Origin: Longivirga aurantiaca
GTDB taxonomy: Bacteria; Actinomycetota; Actinomycetes; S36-B12; CAIYMF01
Assembly (NCBI RefSeq): GCF_042660085.1
Contig: NZ_JBHSTI010000002.1
Coordinates: forward strand, 390,001 to 422,000
Length of the DNA stretch: 32,000 nucleotides
Reading direction: 5' to 3'
A program made the position numbers and the translations under genes. How positions within the stretch are numbered: the first letter of the stretch is position 1; each line of letters starts with the position of its first letter. The notes beneath the pieces are model-generated. The model ran no database searches. It was not told where the DNA came from and worked only from the letters and a program-made list of their open reading frames with translations. This document shows positions 23,450 through 32,000 of the stretch, piece by piece.

Positions 23450-23836
23450 TCAGGCGGACTTGGCCTCGACGTAGGCGCGCAGCGCGGGGGAGAGGGACGA
23501 GCCGTCGAGGCCGAGACCGGCCTGGCGCGGCTGACGGTTGAGGGTGCGCTTCACCTCGTCCTGGTGCTCGGACGGAACCTGCCCGCCTGGGTTGGCGACG
23601 AGCGCGTCGGCGCATGCTGCGGACAGCTCGCTCCACCACTGATCGAACGGGTGGCCGTGCAGGGCGATGAACGCGGCGAGGTCGTCGTCGGACCAGTGGT
23701 CGACGAGGTAGGTCTTGTTCCGCAGGCGGCGTACGTCGTCCCAGTCGTCGATGACCACAGGTGCGCGGCGCTCGTCGACGGTGGCGAGGAATCGCCCGTC
23801 GGCGTCGCGCGCGATCTCGAGCATGCGTTCGGACAT
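23450..23836 (-). CDS. hypothetical protein (128 aa)
   Basis: ATG 23836 with GAGGG upstream. The acidic, Trp-rich sequence (VVIDDWDDVRRLRNKTYLVDHWSDDD) looks protein-like. The longer track ORF N-terminus (to 24067) is Arg-rich and looks non-coding. Confidence 0.55.
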   Translation of the reverse strand: MSERMLEIARDADGRFLATVDERRAPVVIDDWDDVRRLRNKTYLVDHWSDDDLAAFIALHGHPFDQWWSELSAACADALVANPGGQVPSEHQDEVKRTLNRQPRQAGLGLDGSSLSPALRAYVEAKSA

Positions 23837-24090
23837 GCCCTCGACTGTACGCGCCGCCCGGCTGCGCAGGAGCCGGCGAACGACCCGGCCACGCGCGGAC
23901 GAGGGCCGGCGCCGGTGACGCAGGGTGCCGAGCCATGAGCCTTCGGCGACGCCGCTCGCCCGCGGCCCTTCCTCGAGGTAGTTCGGTCGGACACGCCGGT
24001 GCGGACCGGTCGGACGATCGGCAGGGGCCCGTGCGACGTGCCATGGTGGAATCCGGGGTCGGCGCACGGGGTGGGGCGGAGGTGGGTTCC

Positions 24091-25092
24091 GTGATGGTGG
24101 AGCGCGGCCTGCTGCTGCGTCGCCCGGGCGCGGTGCTCGGTGCCGTGCTGATGCTCATCGCGGTCGACTCGCTCATCTGGTCGATCGCGGGTCCCCCTGG
24201 CGCGCCGGTCGTCTTCGACCGCGTGGTCGCCGGAGTCCTGGCAGCGTTGGGCGTCGTGTGCCTGGCCTTCCCGCCGGGCGGACGGCGCGCGGTGCTCGAG
24301 ACGTCGACGGCTGTCGCCGCGGCGCTGCTCACGGTCGCGATGGCCACGCGTGCCACGCCCGAGGGCGTGGTCGCCGTCGGGGTCGTGCTGCTGATGCTCC
24401 TCGCTGTCGCCGCGACGTTCGTGCCCACGCGCAGGCTCGCCGTGGGGATCGTCGCGGGCCTCGCCGGTCTCGTGCTCGGCGTCGCCCTGAACGACGTCAC
24501 CGTGGGCGCGCTCTACGTGTGGGTCATGGGGACGGCCATCGTGGTGGTGCCGCTCGTCGTGTCTGCCCTGATGGCCGAGCTGCGTGCTCTCGTCGACGTC
24601 GCGGCCGAGGCCGCTGTGCACGACCCGCTGACCGGCGCGCTCAACCGCCGCGGCCTGGTCGCCGAGGCCGACGCGGTCCACTCCGTCACCGTCCGGGTGG
24701 GGACCCCGACCGCCGTCGTGGCGATCGACCTCGACGGGTTCAAGGCGGTCAACGACTCGCGCGGCCACGCGGCCGGCGACGAGCTGCTCGTGGCTCTCGT
24801 CGATGCGTGGACGGCGCAGCTGCGGGCCGGCGACGTCTTCGGCCGGTCAGGTGGCGACGAGTTCCTGGTCGTGCTGCCCAACACCGATGCGCGCGCTGCG
24901 GAGTCGGCTGTCGAGCGCCTGCGCGAGGCGCACCCGTTCCCCTGGTCGTCCGGAATCGTCGACTGGGACCCCGACGAGGACCTCGACGCCGCGATGGCGC
25001 GCGCCGACGTGCTGCTCTACGACGAGAAGGCACGCCGGGCGTCGACCATCGACCTGCGGGGCGCAACGGAGCGGACGTCTCAGGGCGAGTGA
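24091..25092 (+). CDS. membrane-anchored diguanylate cyclase (GGDEF domain)
   Basis: GGAGG lies 8 nt before GTG 24091 (ATG at 24094). About 170 aa of hydrophobic helices are followed by DPLTGALNRRG and an intact GGDEF (RSGGDEFLVVL). RAGD five residues upstream matches an RxxD I-site. Confidence 0.85.
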   Translation: MMVERGLLLRRPGAVLGAVLMLIAVDSLIWSIAGPPGAPVVFDRVVAGVLAALGVVCLAFPPGGRRAVLETSTAVAAALLTVAMATRATPEGVVAVGVVLLMLLAVAATFVPTRRLAVGIVAGLAGLVLGVALNDVTVGALYVWVMGTAIVVVPLVVSALMAELRALVDVAAEAAVHDPLTGALNRRGLVAEADAVHSVTVRVGTPTAVVAIDLDGFKAVNDSRGHAAGDELLVALVDAWTAQLRAGDVFGRSGGDEFLVVLPNTDARAAESAVERLREAHPFPWSSGIVDWDPDEDLDAAMARADVLLYDEKARRASTIDLRGATERTSQGE

Positions 25093-25117
25093 CCCGCACA
25101 GGGACCCGTCTCACCCA

Positions 25118-25157
25118 CCGAAGTGCCAGAAACCACAAGGGTTTTCTGGCACTTCGG
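25118..25157. terminator. bidirectional terminator hairpin between convergent genes
   Basis: Perfect 15-bp stem: CCGAAGTGCCAGAAA (25118-25132) and TTTCTGGCACTTCGG (25143-25157), with a 10-nt loop. It lies between the GGDEF stop (25092) and the helicase stop (25191). Confidence 0.6.
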
Positions 25158-25190
25158 TATGTGAGGCGACCTCGGTCAGGCGCGTGTCGG

Positions 25191-27704
25191 TCAGAGCTGG
25201 CCGACGTCGGTGAGGGTGAGGACGGCCTCGCCCGCCTCGTCCGACGCCGCGAGGTCGACATCGGCGGAGAAGCCCCAGTCGTGGTCGCCGGCAGGGTCGT
25301 CGAGGATCTGCCGCACGAGCCAGTGCCCGGGCTGCTCCTCCACGATGAGCCGCTGCGGGCCGCGGGCGTCCGGGCCGGTGCCGATGTCGGTGTGCTCCTC
25401 GAAGTACGGCTCGAGCGCCTCGCGCCAGGCGTCGGCGTCCCATCCGTCGGCGGCGTCGAGGTCGCCGAGCGCCCACCAGTCGCGACGCGCTGCCAGCTCG
25501 ACCCTGCGGAACATCGCGTTGCGCACGAGCACGCGGAAGGCGCGCGTGTTGGCGGTGACACGCGGCGGCCCGGCCGGCGTCGGCGCGATGCCGGCGCCGT
25601 CGTCGTCCGTGCCCGAGCGCAGCTGCTCCCACTCGTCGAGCAGGCTGGAGTCGACCTGGCGCACGAGCTCGCCGAGCCACTCGACGATGTCGTCGAGCTC
25701 CTCGGTGCGGGCGGCGTCGGGCACCGTGCGCTTCAGCGTGCGGTACGCGTCGGCGAGGTAGCGCAGCACGAGGCCCTCGGACCTCGTGAGCTGGTAGTAG
25801 CCGACGTACTCCACGAAGTTCATCGCGCGCTCGAACATGTCGCGCACGACCGACTTCGGCCGCAGCTCGTAGTCGGCGACCCACGGGTGGCCGCGCTTGT
25901 AGATCTCGTACGCCGCGTCGAGCAGCTCGGCGAGCGGCTTCGGGTGCGTGACGTCTGACAGCAGCTCCATCCGCTCCTCGTACTCGATGCCCTCGGCCTT
26001 CATCGCCGCGACGGCCTCGCCGCGCGCCTTGTTGATCTGGGCGTAGATCACCTGGCGCGGGTTGTCGAGCACCGACTCGATCACCGAGACGACGTCGAGC
26101 GCGTACGTCGGAGCCTCCTTGTCCAGCAGCTCGAGCGCCCCGAGCGCCATGGGCGACAGCGGCTGGTTGAGGGCGAAGTTGTCGGGCAGGTCGATGGTGA
26201 GGCGGATCGTGCGGCCGTCCTCGTCGGGCTCGTCGAGCCGCTCGATCACGCCGCCCGCGAGCAACGCTCGGTAGATCGCGATCGCGCGGCGCACGTGCTG
26301 GCGCTTGGTGCGCTCGTCGTCGTGGTTCTCGAGCAGGAGCTTGCGCATCGCCTCGACGGGGTCGCCCGGGCGCGCGATCACGTTGAGCAGGGTCGAGTGC
26401 GTGACGCTGAACTGCGAGGTGAGCGTCTCGGGCTCGGAGCCGACGAGCCGGTCGTACGTCGGCTCGCCCCACGACACGAAGCCCTCGGCCGGCTTCTTGC
26501 GCACGACCTGCCGGCGCTTGCGCGGATCGTCGCCGGCCTTGGCGAGCGCCTTCTCGTTCGCGATCACGTGCTCGGGCGCCTGGACGACGACGCCGCCCGC
26601 CTCGTCGAACCCGGCACGTCCGGCACGGCCTGCGATCTGGTGGAACTCGCGCACCTTGAGGTGCCGCTGGCGCACGCCGTCGTACTTGCTGAGGCCCGTG
26701 AAGACCACCGTGCGGATCGGCACGTTGATACCGACGCCGAGGGTGTCGGTGCCGCAGATGATCTTCAGCAGACCCGCCTGGGCGAGGGTCTCCACGAGGC
26801 GGCGGTACTTCGGCAGCATGCCCGCGTGGTGAACGCCGATGCCGTGGCGGACGAGGCGCGACAGCGTGCGGCCGAAGCCCGCGGTGAAGCGGAAATCGCC
26901 GATGAGCTCGGCGATCCTGTCCTTCTCCTCGCGGGTGCAGACGTTGATGCTCATGAGCGCCTGCGCGCGCTCGAGCGCGGAGTCCTGCGTGAAGTGGACG
27001 ACGTAGATCGGGGCCTGGCCGCCCGCGAGCAGCTCCTCGATCGTCTCTTGCAGCGGCGTCAGGACGTAGGAGTAGTAGAGAGGCACCGGCCGCTCGCCCG
27101 AGCTCACGAGCGCGGTCGGCCGGCCGGTGCGCGCGGTGAGGTCCTGGGTGAAGAACGAGACGTCGCCGAGGGTCGCCGACAGCAGCAGGAACTGCGCCTG
27201 CGGCAGCTCGAGCAGCGGCACCTGCCACGCCCAGCCGCGATCGGGCTCGGCGTAGAAGTGGAACTCGTCCATGATCACGAGACCGACGTCGGCGTTCCGG
27301 CCCTGCCGCAGGGCCATGTTGGCCAGCACCTCGGCGGTGCAGCAGATGATCGGCGCCTCCGGGTTCACGCTCGCGTCGCCGGTGAGCATGCCGACGTTCT
27401 CCGCGCCGAACGTGTCGCAGAGCGCGAAGAACTTCTCCGACACCAGCGCCTTGATCGGCGCGGTGTAGAAGCTGCGGCGCCCGCCTGCGAGCGCGATGAA
27501 GTGCGCCGCGGTCGCGACGAGGCTCTTCCCGCTGCCGGTGGGCGTCGCGAGGATGACGTTGGCACCGGTGACGAGCTCGAGGACGGCGTCCTGCTGCGCG
27601 GGGTACATCGCGATGCCCTGCGCCTCGGTCCAGGTGCTGAACGCGGCGTACAGCGAGTCCTCGTCCGGAGGCTCGGGCATCAGCTCGGCGAGGGTGGGCG
27701 TCAT
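25191..27704 (-). CDS. Ski2-like DEAD/DEAH-box helicase with extended C-terminal domain (DUF3516-type)
   Basis: 837-aa ORF with motif I ATPTGSGKS, motif II MDEFH, motif III SATL, and motif VI-like QIAGRAGRAG. The long C-terminal region resembles actinobacterial DUF3516 helicases, from memory. Confidence 0.85.
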   Translation of the reverse strand: MTPTLAELMPEPPDEDSLYAAFSTWTEAQGIAMYPAQQDAVLELVTGANVILATPTGSGKSLVATAAHFIALAGGRRSFYTAPIKALVSEKFFALCDTFGAENVGMLTGDASVNPEAPIICCTAEVLANMALRQGRNADVGLVIMDEFHFYAEPDRGWAWQVPLLELPQAQFLLLSATLGDVSFFTQDLTARTGRPTALVSSGERPVPLYYSYVLTPLQETIEELLAGGQAPIYVVHFTQDSALERAQALMSINVCTREEKDRIAELIGDFRFTAGFGRTLSRLVRHGIGVHHAGMLPKYRRLVETLAQAGLLKIICGTDTLGVGINVPIRTVVFTGLSKYDGVRQRHLKVREFHQIAGRAGRAGFDEAGGVVVQAPEHVIANEKALAKAGDDPRKRRQVVRKKPAEGFVSWGEPTYDRLVGSEPETLTSQFSVTHSTLLNVIARPGDPVEAMRKLLLENHDDERTKRQHVRRAIAIYRALLAGGVIERLDEPDEDGRTIRLTIDLPDNFALNQPLSPMALGALELLDKEAPTYALDVVSVIESVLDNPRQVIYAQINKARGEAVAAMKAEGIEYEERMELLSDVTHPKPLAELLDAAYEIYKRGHPWVADYELRPKSVVRDMFERAMNFVEYVGYYQLTRSEGLVLRYLADAYRTLKRTVPDAARTEELDDIVEWLGELVRQVDSSLLDEWEQLRSGTDDDGAGIAPTPAGPPRVTANTRAFRVLVRNAMFRRVELAARRDWWALGDLDAADGWDADAWREALEPYFEEHTDIGTGPDARGPQRLIVEEQPGHWLVRQILDDPAGDHDWGFSADVDLAASDEAGEAVLTLTDVGQL

Positions 27705-27910
27705 GGGCTGCCCATGCTGCCCGTTCCACGCGCGGAGGGGAAACGAGCACGCGTCCGAGGGCGATGCACGCAGGTCGGCCTGTCTGCCCCGTCACGCTTC
27801 TGGACCCGGGCCCGTCGACGTCGCCGAGCGGGGGAGAAGGATCGAGGCAGCGGGGCTCCCACCGGCCCGACCGGGTCGCCGCCTCGCGAGGACACGGAGG
27901 ATCCACCCTC

Positions 27911-28180
27911 ATGCGCACCGACGTCGTGACGCTCTTCCCCGCCGAGTTCGCCGTCGGCGACAGCGTCTTCGACCTGACGTCCCACCAGTGGCACGAGATC
28001 ACCGGTATCGGCAGCGGCGACGGTCGGGTGCTGCTCGCGACCGACGACGGCTTGTCCCTCGCGGTTCCGGCATCCGAGCGGCTGCACGCCCGCCTGGCCG
28101 TCGAGCACCACGACGTCGCGCTCGAGCATCTGCGCCCGGCCACCGGGGCCGATCAGGTCGCCGAGCAGTTCTGGGACTGA
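27911..28180 (+). CDS. hypothetical protein (89 aa)
   Basis: ATG 27911 with GGAGGA 9 nt upstream. Third codon positions are very G/C-rich. I recognised no family. Confidence 0.55.
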   Translation: MRTDVVTLFPAEFAVGDSVFDLTSHQWHEITGIGSGDGRVLLATDDGLSLAVPASERLHARLAVEHHDVALEHLRPATGADQVAEQFWD

Positions 28181-28261
28181 ACGGCCGGCGCGAACCCTCC
28201 CGCTCGCGCGCCCGCGCTGCCACACTCCAGCAGCCGGACCCGTGACCACCTGGAGGAACCG

Positions 28262-28894
28262 ATGGACCCGCACAAGACCGCAGTCGTGCTCGTGGAGTAC
28301 CAGAACGACTTCGCCAGCGAGGGCGGCGCCCTGCACGGCGCCGTCAAGGACTCGATGGAGTCGACGGGCATGATCGGCCACACCCAGGACGCCGTGGCCG
28401 CCGCCCGGGCCGCGGGGGTCACGATCATCCACGCCCCCATCCAGTTCGCCGAGGGCTACGGCGAGATCACCCGGAACCCGTACGGGATCCTCAAGGGGGT
28501 CGTCGACACGAACGCCTTCGTCAAGGGCAGCTGGGGGGCGGACTTCGTCGGCGAGGTCTCGCCCCAGCCGGGCGACATCGTGCTGGAGGGCAAGCGCGGG
28601 CTCGACGCGTTCGCCAGCACCAACCTCGACTTCATCCTGCGCAGCAAGGGGATCGAGACGGTGGCGCTCAGCGGGTTCCTGACGAACTGCTGCGTCGAGT
28701 CGACCATGCGGTCGGCGTACGAGAAGGGGTTCGAGGTCATCACCCTCACCGACTGCGTCGGGGCCACGAGCGCCGAGGAGCACACGAACGCCATCACCTA
28801 CGACTACCCCATGTTCTCCAAGCCGATGACCGCCGATGAGTTCGCCGAGACCCTCGGCGGTGCGTCGGCCGCCGACACGTCCCGCGCCTACTGA
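28262..28894 (+). CDS. isochorismatase-family cysteine hydrolase
   Basis: 210-aa ORF with GGAGGAA upstream. The catalytic triad context is present: Asp in VEYQNDF, Lys in EGKRGLDAF, Cys in LTNCCVEST. Confidence 0.85.
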   Translation: MDPHKTAVVLVEYQNDFASEGGALHGAVKDSMESTGMIGHTQDAVAAARAAGVTIIHAPIQFAEGYGEITRNPYGILKGVVDTNAFVKGSWGADFVGEVSPQPGDIVLEGKRGLDAFASTNLDFILRSKGIETVALSGFLTNCCVESTMRSAYEKGFEVITLTDCVGATSAEEHTNAITYDYPMFSKPMTADEFAETLGGASAADTSRAY

Positions 28895-28915
28895 CGCCCG
28901 CGGGGCTCCCCGCTC

Positions 28916-28953
28916 GACGGCCCGTGCTCCGCTCGTCGGGGTCACGGGCCGTC
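28916..28953 (+). terminator. terminator-like hairpin after the isochorismatase-family gene
   Basis: Perfect 11-bp inverted repeat: GACGGCCCGTG (28916-28926) and CACGGGCCGTC (28943-28953), with a 16-nt loop. No U-tract follows. Confidence 0.35.
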
Positions 28954-29185
28954 CGCGTCTGACCGGTCCGGGCGCGGGTCGCCAGGACATAGGGACGGCG
29001 GAGGTCGAGGGATGGCGGCAGGACGACGGCAACGTCCGGCAGCCCCGTCCCGCGACGTCGCCCAGGGCCACGGTGACCGGGTCGCCCTGCGGTTCCCGTG
29101 CGCTCCGGCCGTGCATCGCGGGAGCGGACGGCGGATCCTGGGAGCAGGCGCCGCGACGTCTGTGCCGGCCGCCGGGGGTGCAGCG

Positions 29186-32000
29186 ATGGCGGAGAACGGT
29201 GAGGCCGAGGCTCGGGAGCGGGCAGAGCTCGCACCTGAGCAGGCTCGCGAGCTGAGCGCCGCCCTGGGCCACCTCGCGCCGACCGAGCCGCTCGCCCTGC
29301 TGTTCCGTGACCTGCGCTCCAGCCGGCGCGGGCTCTCCGAGCGGGAGGCCGCGCGACGCCTCGCGACGTACGGGCCCAATGAGCTGCGGCGCGCCGCCAG
29401 GCGCAGCCCCTGGCGCGACCTGCTCGACCAGCTCATCCATCCGCTCGCGCTGCTGCTGTGGGTGGCCGCCGCCCTCGCGTGGGCGATCCGCACCCCGGTG
29501 CTCGCGATCGCCGTCGTCCTCGTCATCTGGCTCAACGCCGGGTTCGCCTTCGTCCAGGAGCGGCAGGGCGAGCGCGCGGTCGAGGCGCTGTCGGCGTACC
29601 TCCCGCAGAAGGCGGTGGTGCGTCGCGACGGGCGTCGGCGCGAGATTCCGGCGCGCGAGCTGGTGCCCGGCGACGTGATCGAGCTGACCGAGGGCGACCG
29701 CGTCTGCGCCGACGCACGACTGGTCGAGGGCGCGCTCGAGGTGGACATGTCCACCATCAACGGCGAGTCGCTGCCTGCCTACCGCACGGCGGCTGCACCC
29801 GACAGCGGCGTGCCGCTGATGGAGGCCGCGTCGCTCGTGTTCAGCGGGACGTCGTGCACGGGCGGCGACGCCGTAGCGCTGGTGAGCCGCACCGGCATGC
29901 ACACCGAGCTCGGCCGTATCGCTGCACTGACCCAGCGCGTGGTGCGCGAGCCGAGCCCGCTCGAGACCCAGGTCCGCAAGGTGGCGTGGCTCATCGCGCT
30001 GGTCAGCGTCGGCGTCGGCCTGGCGTTCATCCCGATCGGCGCGCTGATGGCGGGGCTCTCGCTTGCCGACTCGGCCTCGTTCGCGATCGGCCTCATCGTC
30101 GCGAACGTCCCCGAGGGGCTGCTCCCCACGATCACGCTCGCGCTCGCCGTGGCCGTCCGCGAGCTGGCGCGCAAGGGGGCGCTCGTCAAGCGGCTCTCCG
30201 CGGTCGAGACCCTCGGCGCCACGAGCGTCATCTGCACCGACAAGACCGGCACCTTGACCGAGAACCGCATGCACGCGGTGCTCGTGTGGACCACGTCCGG
30301 CGAGCAGTGGCTCGGCGGCGCCCCCATGGCCGACGCCGAGTTCGCGCCGCTGCGCCGGCTCGCCGAGGTGCTCGCGTCCTGCAACACCGCCGAGCTCGCG
30401 CCGGACGATCCGGCGCGACCCGACGCAGGTCCGGCCGGCACGGGCGACCCCACCGAGGTCGCGCTCCTCGCCGCTGCCCGCGTGATCGGCGCCGACGTCG
30501 ACCCGCGGCCGCGCGAGGCCGCCCGGCGGGCGATGTTCCACTTCGACCCCGGCCGCAGGCTCATGACCACCGTCGACGACGTCGGCTCCCGCACCGTCGT
30601 GCACACCAAGGGAGCGCCGGAGGAGGTGCTCGCGCGCAGCGCCGCGCTGCTCGACGACCACGGCACCGAGGTGCCGCTCGACGATGCGCGGCGCGAGCTC
30701 GTCCTGGCGGCGACCCAGCGGTACGCGGCACGCGGTCTGCGCCTCATCGCCGCCGGCTACCGCGAGCTCGACGGCGGCGACGTGCCGCAGGAGCGGGACG
30801 ACGCCGAGCGGGGCCTGGTGCTCACCGGCTTCGTCGCGCTGCTCGACCCTGCGCGCCCCGAGGTGCGGACCGCCGTGGATCGCTGCCACACCGCGGGGAT
30901 CCGCGTCATCGTGCTCACCGGAGACCACCGGCTCACCGCGGGCGAGGTGGCACGCGAGGTGGGCATCGGCGGCCCGGACCTCCTCCCCGTGAACGCCTCC
31001 GAGCTCGACGCCCTCACCGACGACGAGTTCGACGCCCTCCTCGCCGGCGGCCGCGAGATGGTCATCGCTCGCTCGTCGCCGGAGATGAAGATGCGCGTGG
31101 CCGAGTCGCTGCAGTCGGGCGGTCACGTCGTCGCGATGACGGGCGACGGCGTCAACGACGCGCCCGCGCTGCGTCGTGCGGACATCGGCGTCGCCATGGG
31201 CCGGAGCGGGACCGACGTGGCCCGCGAGGCGGCCACGATGGTGCTCACCGACGACAACTTCAACACGATCGCGCAGGCGGTCGAGTCGGGCCGTCGCGTC
31301 TACGACAACGTCCGCAAGTTCGTGCTCTACATCTTCGCCCACGCCACTCCGGAGGTCGTGCCCTTCCTGGTGTTCGCGCTGTCGGGCGGGCGCGTGCCGC
31401 TGCCGATCACGGTGCTGCAGATCCTCTGCATCGACATCGGCACCGAGACGCTGCCGGCCCTGGCTCTCGGCCGGGAGCAGGCCGAGCCGGGCCTCATGCA
31501 CCAGCCGCCGCGGCCCAGCGGCGAGAAGCTCATCCGTGGCGCGCTGCTGCTGCGCGGGTGGCTGCTCCTGGGTGGGGTGAGCGCCGTCCTCGTCACTGGC
31601 GCCTTCTTCTGGACCTTGCTCGCCGGCGGCTGGAGCCCGGGCGCCGACGTCAGCGTCGGAGCGCCTCTGCACGACGTCTACCTCCAGGCCACGACGATGA
31701 CCTTCCTCGGGATCGTCGCCTGCCAGGTGGGCACGGCCTTCGCCGCGCGCACCGACCGCGCCTCGCTGTGGTCGATCGGGGTGCTGTCCAACCGCCTGCT
31801 GCTCTGGGGCATCGCCTTCGAGCTCGCGTTCGCCGCGCTCGTCGTGCTGGTCCCGGGCGTGAGCGACGTCCTCGGCATGGCCGCACCCCCCGTCGAGCAG
31901 GTGGCTGTGCTCCCGCTGTTCGCGGTGGTCGTGTGGGGCGTGGACGAGGTGGTGCGCTGGGTGCGCCGAACGCTCGACACGCGCCGGGAGGGCGCGGCGG
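29186..32000 (+). CDS. P2-type cation-transporting P-type ATPase (Ca2+/Mg2+-ATPase-like), 3' end beyond window
   Basis: I translated this frame by hand and it is open from ATG 29186 to the window edge. It is absent from the ORF track because no stop lies in the window. Motifs: [36 protein letters not shown]. About 938 aa are visible. Confidence 0.9.
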   Translation, partial: MAENGEAEARERAELAPEQARELSAALGHLAPTEPLALLFRDLRSSRRGLSEREAARRLATYGPNELRRAARRSPWRDLLDQLIHPLALLLWVAAALAWAIRTPVLAIAVVLVIWLNAGFAFVQERQGERAVEALSAYLPQKAVVRRDGRRREIPARELVPGDVIELTEGDRVCADARLVEGALEVDMSTINGESLPAYRTAAAPDSGVPLMEAASLVFSGTSCTGGDAVALVSRTGMHTELGRIAALTQRVVREPSPLETQVRKVAWLIALVSVGVGLAFIPIGALMAGLSLADSASFAIGLIVANVPEGLLPTITLALAVAVRELARKGALVKRLSAVETLGATSVICTDKTGTLTENRMHAVLVWTTSGEQWLGGAPMADAEFAPLRRLAEVLASCNTAELAPDDPARPDAGPAGTGDPTEVALLAAARVIGADVDPRPREAARRAMFHFDPGRRLMTTVDDVGSRTVVHTKGAPEEVLARSAALLDDHGTEVPLDDARRELVLAATQRYAARGLRLIAAGYRELDGGDVPQERDDAERGLVLTGFVALLDPARPEVRTAVDRCHTAGIRVIVLTGDHRLTAGEVAREVGIGGPDLLPVNASELDALTDDEFDALLAGGREMVIARSSPEMKMRVAESLQSGGHVVAMTGDGVNDAPALRRADIGVAMGRSGTDVAREAATMVLTDDNFNTIAQAVESGRRVYDNVRKFVLYIFAHATPEVVPFLVFALSGGRVPLPITVLQILCIDIGTETLPALALGREQAEPGLMHQPPRPSGEKLIRGALLLRGWLLLGGVSAVLVTGAFFWTLLAGGWSPGADVSVGAPLHDVYLQATTMTFLGIVACQVGTAFAARTDRASLWSIGVLSNRLLLWGIAFELAFAALVVLVPGVSDVLGMAAPPVEQVAVLPLFAVVVWGVDEVVRWVRRTLDTRREGAA

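Noticed and set aside
23837-24067. N-terminal 77-aa extension of the hypothetical protein (track ORF 23450..24067)
   Set aside because: The extension is Arg/Pro-rich and looks non-coding. The internal ATG 23836 has an SD-like GAGGG, and protein-like sequence begins there.
25111-28143. 1010-aa minus-strand ORF overlapping the helicase in another frame
   Set aside because: The 837-aa frame (25191-27704) carries all the helicase motifs. The 1010-aa frame is Arg/Pro/Ala-rich with no motifs.
28262-28894. Isochorismatase-family protein as the nicotinamidase PncA, which would complete the NAD theme
   Set aside because: The catalytic Asp/Lys/Cys are present. I could not find the His-rich metal-binding segment that I remember from PncA (D..H..H....H). 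The family cannot be narrowed further by eye.
27701-31672. 1323-aa minus-strand ORF, the longest in the track
   Set aside because: It runs antisense to the P-type ATPase, the isochorismatase-family gene and a hypothetical gene, all of which have clear family motifs or coding-type codon bias. The product is Arg/Gly/Ala/Pro-rich and low in complexity. This is a typical stop-free antisense frame in very GC-rich DNA.
1-32000. CRISPR arrays, tRNA/rRNA genes, IS elements, integrases, prophage or known defence-system genes
   Set aside because: I saw no regularly spaced direct repeats, no tRNA-like T-arm sequences in the intergenic gaps, and no transposase, integrase or nuclease-type ORFs.

Overview
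Very GC-rich (by eye about 70% G+C; third codon positions almost all G/C in real genes) actinobacterial-type chromosomal segment with about 30 tightly packed genes. I saw no rRNA, tRNA, CRISPR array, transposase or integrase. Gene order: the end of an NAD-dependent formate dehydrogenase operon (fdsB tail, fdsA, fdsD). A minus-strand operon of aldehyde dehydrogenase, fbiD/cofC, aldehyde dehydrogenase and a small membrane protein. A DeoR regulator divergent from glpX-rbsK. A cupin / PNPOx-like / GATase1-like / LacI operon. A nicotinamide salvage cluster (nadV-HAD-prs-nucleoside hydrolase). A SnoaL-like gene divergent from F420-dependent glucose-6-phosphate dehydrogenase (fgd). fgd overlaps the start of a 495-aa protein made of six tandem XRE-type HTH modules. 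Then a stand-alone Amt-family channel that appears to lack both pore histidines, three small hypothetical proteins, a membrane GGDEF cyclase, a Ski2-like helicase, an isochorismatase-family hydrolase and a nearly complete P2-type cation ATPase running off the window. Most worth a second look: the six-HTH protein coupled to fgd; the twin-His-less Amt homologue behind an AT-rich control region; a 16-bp pseudo-palindromic box (exact 12-mer shared by two copies) next to hand-predicted promoters of four transcription units; a perfect 12-bp inverted repeat bracketing the fgd promoter; and the unusual composition of the nadV cluster. Family assignments rest on motifs read by eye and remembered homologues, not on searches. 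All promoters and operators are hand predictions.
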